A stretch of DNA of 64,000 bases from Selaginella moellendorffii (Eukaryota > Plantae > Lycopodiophyta). Positions 12,358 to 22,072 of the stretch are shown piece by piece (the first letter of the stretch is position 1; each line of letters starts with the position of its first letter). The notes below the pieces were generated by a model. The model was not told where the DNA came from and made no database searches. It saw nothing but the letters and a program-made list of their open reading frames with translations. The stretch spans positions 644,401-708,400 of the forward strand of contig NW_003314269.1 in NCBI RefSeq assembly GCF_000143415.4. Reading direction: 5' to 3'. Made by a program: the position numbers and the translations under genes.

Positions 12358-15300
12358 TGTCGCGAATGTGACTTCGGGTATCGAAAGATACTTGTCGACT
12401 AGTCCTTACGGGCACTCTTTCCTTACTGCCATGACGGCAGGAGGTCGGTACCGTTGGTTCCCTTTATTGGCCCCTCTTGTCCAAGTGTTAGTAAACTGGA
12501 TTTAGCATCTGTACTTGGCCAGATGAGCATAAGGAAGGAATTCCTAAGTGTCTATTTAGCCAAGCATATTTGGCCTGGCTTGTTAGTTCTCTTTTGCTCT
12601 GTCTTGCACTGGTTTGGCAAGAACCCTCGCATATTAAGACTAGTCCCTCAATATCGCCGGATGATAGCTTACCGTGTCTGCCAAACACCCTTGCTATCAC
12701 GCCCTTTGTGTTGGTCTCATTTCGGTCCCAAATGTTATTTATGGAAAGTGTCTAGATTAGCTCATTTGGCATATCTACGGAATGTAGAGATCGGCCTAAA
12801 CACAATGGTGTTCGTCCCATGTCCAAATTCACAATTTAAGGACATTCCATATTTAGTAAGTTTCGGACTTGTCCCAGAGACTAACTCCTGGTACTAAGGG
12901 AGGCTTGGGGTGAAAGCCCAAAGCATGTGTCCTTCAGGGGGGGAGGGCTGTGGGGGGTTCCAAATGTATAGTAGGGATAGTGGTTGGAATGCATGTCCAA
13001 CCACCTGAGACATTAGTTTGGCTTCCGCTGGGCTGTGTCGCTCCTTGTTCTGCGTCCGGCTTGAGTTTAAGCCCAAGCTCCACGCTGCTCTAGTCGGTGG
13101 AGTACCCTCCTTCTCGTGTTAGGCCACCGGTATGCCAAAATTGTGCCAGACTCCGTTTGACACCATTTTGCGTGCAGGTGCTGGATACGGGGAGTTGGTG
13201 CTCTTGGGATTGTACCGGACCCTCGTTTCGTAGCGCAACGGGCTTGGAGTTCGGCTCCAAATTCAGGTGCGCTACATTTGGTATCAGAGGGATTGTCTCA
13301 GCAACTCCTATCCAACTTTTGTCTGATTTTCTGACTCAAGTTGCATACGTAGAGACTTTTCTAGTAGATCCGAAGCGACCTGTGTAGGATTAGTTGGATT
13401 GCATCATTCGGTAAGAATGTTGTATGCATGTTCAGTTACTGATAGAGGCATGCATGCAGCTAGCGGGATGGTGAAATGGAACCGTGCTGATGACGTTGAA
13501 ACCTCTAGATGGGCGAATCGAGAGGAGGAAACTCCTACTAGAGGTGCTACGGAAGAGGCAGAGGCTGAGTCAGAAGAGGAAGAGCCAGATGCTGCGGCGC
13601 TGCAGTGTACGGCTCAAGAAGTCGAGATCGAGAATTTGTGAAAGGAGATTCGCAAATTGAAGAAGGAGAACAAGAAGAGGAAGAAAGAGGTTGAGGCAGC
13701 TAAACCAGCTAAGCCTAAGCAACCAGACTCCTCTTCGAGTTCTGAGGACGATGAAGTTCTGCAGCCGCCCCCGGTTGCACGAGTTTCAAAGTTCAAGCCC
13801 CCGAAACCACCCAACTTCAGAGGCATGCGGGACAATCAGGTTTTGGGGAAAACTATTTCATAGCGGCAGACGTAGATAATTGTACGAAAGTTGCGTGTGC
13901 GCAATCCTTTCTCACCGATCATGCCAAAACTTGATAGTCCCACATGCCTCTGAAGTTGGGTGGTTTCGGGGGCCAAGTGTACGGCTACGATGCCGTATAC
14001 TAATATTAGCGTAGTGGGATTTTAGTAGCCGTCGGATTGGTTTCAATCCGGACCACTCGCTCCTGTATATAAGCTAGGGTTTTTGGGCTAATTGATATGC
14101 ACATTTCTGTATTCTCTTTCCATATTCCATGCACTCACATTGGTGGAGGTGAGGGGCACCTTTGATTGTCCCTGGGGAGTGCTTGGATTTAGGATTTCGG
14201 TTTAGATCTAGCTTTTGCATTGTCTAGATCTAGCTTTTTCCATTTCCTTTCTTTTGGTCTTTCCTTTCAAGATTTTTGTTTAGATCTAGCTTTTTGCATT
14301 GTCTAGATTTACCATTTCTTTCCAGCTTTTTGTCATTTCTCTTCTTTTGCTCTTTCTTTTTCATTCATCTTCATGGCCGATCCGCAATCTCCTCCTTTGA
14401 CTCTAGAGCAGTAGTTGGTTCAATTGCTTGACGCTATGCGCTTGCAATTGAACAACCAAACTAAGTTGATGGTGGCATTCACGGCACATGGTACAACTCC
14501 TCTTACTCTTGGTGCCAATCCTCGTGTTCGGCCGGAGTTCTTTCGTGGGAATCTTGGGGATGATGTGTACCATTGGCTCGATCACTTCACGGGATGATGC
14601 TTGACGTTTGCATGAGTTCCCCATATGTCTCCAAGGGACGGCATTGCAGTGGTACAATGGATTGAGCGCAGCCACTTGTGGCGATTGGAGTGTTCTTCCG
14701 GACGTCTTCAAACACGCCTTCGGACACGCCAAGGATTGTGATGATGCCTTCCAACAATTGCATCGTCTTCGCCAAGGGCCATCTGAGTTGGTGATGCAAT
14801 TTGGCGTTCGTTTCCGAAGTCTTTTGCTTCGTGCGGAGCCAAATATGTCGGAGCGGATCAAGCTAGGAATGTTGTGGCCAGCACTTCGTCAAGATCTTGT
14901 CGGACTTGTACATGCACTTGCTCCTGCCACTCTTGACGATGCTCTTTGCTTGGCACAACGTTATGAGACGTCGCCTCTTCCACTTCTTGCTACACGTCCT
15001 TCAGCTCCACTTCGTATGAGTGATGGTCCTGTTCCCATGGAGGTTGATGCTGCTCCTACTCGAGTCCAAGGACAAGGGCAAGGACATGGTTGTGGCCGTG
15101 ATGTTCGTTGCTGGGCGTTGATGAAGTTGGTCATATTTATCGGCGTTGTCGGCGCTTTCCGGATTGGCGACCTCCATTTCCTGGGTGGAGACTTTGGCGT
15201 CAGCAACGTCCCGTTGGTGCTGCTGCGGTGAAAGGTTTGGATACCGACATGCATTCCGGAAACGAGGAATCACGCGAGTAATGGAGGGACCTTGCGCGAA

Positions 15301-18300
15301 TAAGTTAGTGACTCCTCCATCTTTCTTTCGAGAGTATCATCAAGGGGTTCACTTGGCACGGGTTCATCCAGTGTTTACTTTCCAAGCTCGTTTTTATAAC
15401 AAGAGGTCTCCTATTCTTCTCTCCATGTTGGTTGATACAGGTTCGAGTTTATTTTCTATTGCTCAACCTGTTTCCACACATTGTCGTCTACACTTGCATT
15501 GTGCGGCGGATCCAGTTTTCATTCTTTATGGCAACGGCCGTACACATGCATGTGCACGAGATGAGGCGGACCTGGTTGTGCGTGTGGGCGATCTCGAGCT
15601 TGAGTTGCAGTCGTTGCGGGTGGTGCCGAGTCAAGCTTTTGACCTCATTCTTGGTATGGATTGGTTGCAGCGCAATCATGCCAAGTGTGACTTTGAGGCT
15701 TCTCCCCCTTGTCTCATACTTCCTTATGTTTCATCCATTCCTCTCACTTCCGTACCTCTTCGTCCCTCTACTTGTACCTCTGCTTCCATTACTTTTGTTC
15801 CCCCACTATTTCCTCTTGTGTTTCTATCTTGTTCTGCTCTTCCCTTTTCCGATCCCTCCGATGATCTTTGTGTTGCAGCTGTTGACTAGCTCATGAAGGA
15901 GTATTCTGATCTCTTTGACTTTGACCTATCGTCTGGGGCCAAGATTGCCACATGTCATCCCATTCCAACCGGGGATGCTCGTCCAATCAAGGTTCCTGTT
16001 CATCATCGGTCACCCAAGGAGATCAAGATTTTACGTGCCAATGTCAAGGAGATGTTAGAGAAGGGTGTTATTCGGAAGTCGCGGAGTCCTTGGGCATGTG
16101 AACCTCATCTTGTGACGAAGCCTGATGGGAGTATTCGTTTCTGCATCGACTATTATCCATTAAATGAAGTGACGATCTCGGATGTGTACCCTCTTCCTCA
16201 CACTGCTGATCTCTTGGATCGTCTGGGGCGAAGTTGTTGGTTCACCAAGCTAGATCTTGCTTCTGGGTATTGGCAAGTACCGATGGCCAAAGAAGATATT
16301 CCTAAGACTGCTTTTTGTACACCATTTGGTTTGTACGAGTTCTTGGTGATGCCGTTTGGTTTGAACAATGCTCCAGCAACTTTTCAGCGGATGATGGACG
16401 AGGTTCTTTGCAATATGCCGGAGTTGACGGCTAACTTCATTAATGATGTCTTGATCCACTCGGAGGGGACGTGGGAGGAGCACATTCGTGATGTTTGTAA
16501 AGTGTTGGATCGGCTACGCGACGTTGGTTTAAAGCTGAAGCGGTCAAAGTGTGTGTTTGGGTCCAAAGACACAACTTATCTTGGGTACTGTATTTCTCGT
16601 GAGGGTTTGCAAGTTGATCCTGACAAACTTGTGGGTGTTCTAAAGTTCCCTACTCCAAACTATGTGAATGATGTGCAGCGCTTTTTGGGTAAGGTGCAGT
16701 ATCTCGGTCGTTTTGTGGATCATCTTTCCGATCGCACTACACCATAGCGAGCGTTGCTGAAGTCATCAACGTCATCTTTCATCTGGTCTCCGGATTGTGA
16801 GCGGGCGTTCGTGAATCTCAAAGAGCTATTGACGACTCCTCCGGTTTTGGCATATCCTGATTACACTCGAAATTTTATTTTGCGCGTGGATGCTTTTGAC
16901 ATTGGTCTTGGAGGTGTGTTGATGCAAGAAAGCTCGAGTGTGCCTGGTCAGCACCATCCCATTGCATACATAAGCCTTACATTACAACCAGCGGAGATGA
17001 ACTACTCCACGACGGAGAAGGAATGTTTAGCAGCAGTCTGGGGTTTCGAGAAACTTCATGCATATCTACATGGTTCTCGGACGTTACTTGAAGGTGACCA
17101 TGCTGCTGTTATTTCATTATTGATGCGGAAAAACCTGGTTGGTTGTACGGCTCGATGGGCTTTAAAGCTTCAGATATATGATTTCGATGTTGTTCATCGC
17201 CTAGAGAGTTCTATGGCTGATGCTGATGCCCTTTTTCGAGCTCCTCTTCCTTCTCCACTCATTTCTCATGTTTCTGACGAACCTGTTGTTCCAGCATCTG
17301 TGGATTTTCTAGATGAGGATTCTGTGACGTCAGCGGTTGTTGTCCTTGACGTTCAGTGTCCATAGGGCGCAGAACAAGATCTACCTTCTCTTGATGAGGT
17401 TCGCGAGGCTCAAAAGATTGAGCCATGGATTCGAAGGCTTCGAGATGGGTTTGAGAATCCTGCATCACTTGCTGATGACTTGCCTTTCCGGCATTTACAT
17501 TCTCAATATCGCTTTGAAGATGGCCTTCTTTATTTTGTGGGGACGGATTCTGATGATCATTTACGGCTGGTGGTGCCTTTGGTATTTATTCCACGGTTTC
17601 TCCATGCCTACCATGATTTTCCTGTTCTAGGTGGGCAAATGGGACACCGTCGTGTCACCGAGAAGTTGCGCAGGTCTTTCTATTGGTCAGAGATGCGACG
17701 TCAAACGTCAAACGTCAAACGTATCGAAAAATACTTGTCAACCAGTCCTTATGGGCACTCTTTCCTTACTGCCATGACGGGAGGAGGTCGGTATTGCTAG
17801 TTCCCTTTATTGGCCCCTCTTGTCTAAGTGTTAATAAACTGGATTTAGCATCTGTACTTGGCCGGATGAGCATAAGGAAGGAATTCCTAAGTGTCTATTT
17901 AGCCAAGCATACTTGGCCCGGCTTGTTAGTTCTCTTTTGCTCTGTCTTGCATTGGCTTGGCAAGAACCCTCGCGTATTGAGACTAGTCCCTCAATATCGC
18001 CGGATGATAGCTTACCGTGTCTGCCAAACACCCTTGCTATCACGCCCTTTGTGTTGGTCTCATTTCGGTCCTAAATGCTATTTATGGAAAGTGTCTAGAT
18101 TAGCTCATTTGGAGATCGGCCTAAACACAATGGTGTTCATCCCGTGTCCAAATTCGCAATCTAAGGACATTCCATATTTAGTAAGTTTCGGACTTGTCCC
18201 AGAGACTAACTCCTGGTACTAAAGGAGGCTTGGGGTGAAAGCCCAAAGCGTGTGTCCCTCAAGGGGGAAGGGGGGGGGGGGGATGTGGGGGGTTCCAAAT

Positions 18301-18611
18301 GTATAGTAGGGATAGTGGTTGGAATGTATGTCCAACCACTTGAGACATTAGTTTGGCTTCCGCTGGGCTGTGTCGCTCCTTGTTCTGCGTCCAGCTTGGG
18401 TTTAAGCCCAATCTCCACACTGCTCTAGTTGGTGGAGTACCTTCCTTCTTGCGTTAGGCCACCGGTATGCCAAAATTGTGCCAGACTCCATCTGACACCA
18501 TTTTGTGTGCAGGTGCTGGATACGGGGAGCTGGTGCTTGTGGGATTGTACCGGACCTTCGTTTTGTAGCGCAACGGGCTTGGAGTTAGGCTCCAAATTCA
18601 GGTGCGCTACA
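12358..18611 (+). mobile_element. LTR retrotransposon family C (Met-PBS, gag related to B), internally deleted, inserted in the gag of A1
   Basis: 5' LTR 12358-13276; PBS TGGTATCAGAG at 13279; gag from ATG 13468 (KFKPPKPPNFRG..KVACAQSFLTDHAK) truncated at ~13933; 3' LTR 17721-18611 lacking its first ~20 bp; TSD TGCTG on both sides. Confidence 0.85.
13970..17700 (+). mobile_element. Family A copy A2, truncated at both ends, lying inside element C
   Basis: LTR 13970-14139 missing its first ~5 nt; PBS TGGTGGAGGTGAGGGG; gag, protease (LVDTGSS), RT (KLDLASGYWQ, MPFGLNNAPATFQ, FINDV), RNase H (DAFDIGLG, TTEKECLA) and integrase Zn-finger start; several stops. Confidence 0.9.
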
Positions 18612-21555
18612 TGCTGCTACTCGAGTCCAAGGACAAGGGCGAGGAGGTGGTCATGGCCGTGATGTTCGTTGCTGGGCGTGTGATGAAGTTGGTCATACTT
18701 ATCGGCATTGTCAGTGCTTTCCGGATTGGCGACCTCCATTTCCTGGGTGGAGACCTTGGCGTCAGCAACATCCCGTTGGTGCTGCTGCGGTTGAAGGTTT
18801 GGATACCGAGGTGCATCTGAGAAACAAGGAGTCGCGTGAGTAGTGGAGGGACCTTACATGAATAAGTTAGTGACCCCTCCATCTTTCTTTCGGGAGTATC
18901 ATCAAGGGGTTCACTTACCACCGGTTCATCTAGTGTTTACTTTCCAAGCTCGTTTTTATAACAAGAGGTCTCCTATTCTTCTCTCCGTATTGGTTGATAC
19001 AGGTTCGAGTTTATCTTCTATTGCTCGACCTGTTGCCACACGTTGCCGTCTACACTTGCGTCGTGCGGTGGATCTAGTTTTCATTCTTTATGGCAACGGC
19101 CGTACACATGCATGTACACGAGATGAGGTGGACTTGGTTGTGCGTGTGGGCGATCTTGAGCTTGAGTTGCAGTCGTTGCAGGTGGTGCCGAGTCAAGCTT
19201 TTGACCTCATTCTTGGTATGGATTGGTTGCAGCGCAATCATGCCAAGTGTGACTTTGAGGCTTCTCCCCCTTGTCTCATACTTCCTTATGTTTTATCCAT
19301 TCCTCTCACTTCCGTACCTCTTCGTCCCTCTACTTCTACCTCTACTTCCATTACTTTTGTTCCCCCACTATTTCCTCTTGTGTTTCTATCTTGTTTTGCT
19401 CTTCCCTTTTCCGATCCCTCCGATGATCTTTGTGTTGCAGCTGTTGACTAGCTCATGAAGGAGTATTCTAATCTCTTTGAATTTGACCTATCGTCTGAGG
19501 CCAAGATTGCCAGACGTCATCCCATTCCAACCGGGGATGCTCGTCCAATCAAGGTTCCTGTTCGTCGTCGGTCACCCAAGGAGATCAAGATTTTACGTGC
19601 CAACGTCAAGGAGATGTTGGAGAAGGGTGTTATTCGGAAGTCGCGGAGTCCTTGGGCATGTGAACCTCATCTTGTGGCGAAGCCTGATTATCCGTCCGAC
19701 ACTGCCTTGGCTTTTCCTAAGTTCCCTCGCCAAGGTTCTCGCCTATGGTACCAACTCCTACTTGGTCCTACTTGGTTTCAGCTACTCACTGCACGAGCAA
19801 CGGAGCATTAGCCATCCATCCACGGATTCCCAATCTTTGCCAATCCCCCTCCCCGGGTTAGACTAGACTTAAGGTTCAGCTACACTCCCCGCAAGCACAA
19901 GCAGCGAAGCACACTAAGCTTCCAGGTTCCTAACATCCCTTGGTACCACAAGACTTGATCATGGGACCCTCTAAATCCCAAGTCTTGAGTGCAACACTTG
20001 CTTCGGGACACTGGGGCGAAACACCGTGGTCTAGCGGCCGGGTATGGGTACCTCTACCCCCCCACTTCCATCCCGAAGGAAGGCCCAAGCCCCTAGGAAG
20101 GGCGAGGACCAATGAGCCGCATGGTACTCAAGTGGGGCACCACTCCACATGAGCCGGGAGCACCGCAATTGGTTTCCCTTTCGGGAGTGGGAGCTGCTCT
20201 TTAGCACTTCCTTGGATGGCCCCTCCGGCACCAACCAAGTCCATACTCACTCCCACCTAAGGCCTCTCGGTCACAGTCTCAACCTCAAGTCGGTTTGGAA
20301 GCCCCACTGGAGAGTCCCTTCAAAACTGGTTCCTGGACCTCACTCTCCCTACTATACTTTTAGAACCCCCTACAGCCCCCCCCCCCCCGGGAGACGCATG
20401 CTTTGGGCTTTCACCCCTTGACCCGTATTAGTATTTGAACTTAGTCTCTGGCTCGATCTCGGACTTGATTTCGCATCCAATTTCGGATTCGGTCTCGGAC
20501 TCGATCTCGGACCCGATCTCAGACCCGACCTCGAACTCGACCTCGGACTCGGTCTCGGTCTCGGACCCGATTTCGGATCTCGGACTCTGTCTCGAACTCG
20601 GTCCCCGAGTTGGCCTCGGACTCGATTTCGGACTCTATCTCAAACTCGGTCTCCGAGTCGGTCTTGGACTCGATCTTCGACTTGGTCCCATCCGATAAAC
20701 TCTTTGTCATTTTGGTCATGCTTTCGGGGTTCCTTTAGCCTATAACACCTCGGCGAGTTGGTTCCTTACAGCTCCACCACCCATAGAAGAAGTTCGATGC
20801 CCACATCGAACGTCTTTCTTTTGATCCTACGACTTGTTGACCATGTCTCCGGGGGCATCCCCCCACTTAGCAGTGTGCCTAAGTTAGCTTCCCCGACCAA
20901 GAGCCCATGACAATGGAATATAGGTGTCCCTATACTCCTCACCTCACCACGCACTAGTATGGGGTCGGGACTTGAACCCAGCCTTGCTTTACTAGGGGGT
21001 TGGGACTCGAACCCAACCTCCGTAGAATATATCTACGGATTCGACATCCCCGTAGGGAGTCGGGTGTAGCTCCCTACGCCTAGTCGACTTAGCTAACCCA
21101 TGCTAATTAGCTTACCTTCGGTGCGCCTTCGGGTCCCAACATATGCCATTGCTCAACTTCACAAATTGATACTTTAATTGAACTTTGCATAAGTACATAG
21201 AGTTCTGCCTTGCAAAAATTCCTCCACTAGATCTCGCGCGTTCGCTAGGTTCTCCTCCGGTTCCCATGTTGCTTCGCAGTGTGGAAATCTTTTCCACTTC
21301 ACATGGAACTCTCTCACCTCGCGTCCTTTTCGCTTGCTCTTGCGCGCATTGAGGATGGCCTCGACTTTGTATTCCTCTTCCCCTTGGATAACCTCAGGTA
21401 AAGGTCTTACTTGGTCCTTGCAAAGCGGATCCTCAAAATACGGGTTGAGTAAGTTCACGTGAAACATGGGATGCATCTTCCCCATCTCTCGAGGAAGTTG
21501 GAGTCGGTAAGCCACTTTACTGATTCGAGCCTCAATCTCGTAAGGCCCCGCGAAC

Positions 21556-21607
21556 CTGCTTAACGAACTCAAGATCAATTCTTTTACAGGAATACATGCA
21601 TTTTTAC
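21556..21607 (-). other. 52-nt GT-AG spliceosomal intron in integrase C-terminal region of element B
   Basis: AAG|GTAAAA...TTAAGCAG|G; removal restores K-L-T-Q-R-F-A-G-P-Y-E-I and puts the chromodomain in frame. Confidence 0.85.
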
Positions 21608-22025
21608 CTTTGGGTCAACTTCCGGCTGATCCCACTTGGTAGCCTGAGGTTCTTGGTGTTCAGCCACACCTTCTCCCCAGCTTGGAACTCTACATCCCGG
21701 CGCTTCTAGTTTGCGTACTTAGTTTGCCTTTGTTGAGCTCGTTCCAAGGAATCCCTCACTAGATTCCAAATGTTGAGTCTTTCCGCTGTGAAGGCCTCCA
21801 CTACGGGTAACTCTCCATGATACTCGGCCACGCCGAGTTCCACAGGACCTTCAATAGCTCGCCCATTGATGACTTCCCATGGACTCACCCCGATACTCGA
21901 ATGTGGTGAGTTGTTATAACACATTTCCGCAAGTCCCAAATGACTTACCCAATCGGTCTGGTCTCCCGATACATAGCATCGCAAATAATCCTCCAACTGC
22001 TTATTCACCCTTTCCGTTTGTCCGT

Positions 22026-22072
22026 CTGTCAAGAAGTGTTAGTGCCACTAAACTTGACTTAATACCCCATAC
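22026..22072 (-). other. 47-nt GT-AG spliceosomal intron in integrase core of element B
   Basis: CAG|GTATGG...CACTAAC ACTTCTTGACAG|AC; removal restores H-P-Q-T-D-G-Q-T-E-R-V-N. Confidence 0.85.

Noticed and set aside
20961-21021. tRNA genes
   Set aside because: Only T-arm-like hairpins; no acceptor, D or anticodon arms
21074-21196. Further possible introns after the chromodomain of element B (donor GTAAGC at 21115; AT-rich stretch 21157-21196)
   Set aside because: They would be only about 36-42 nt and there is no conserved protein motif to validate the boundaries; transcript data are needed
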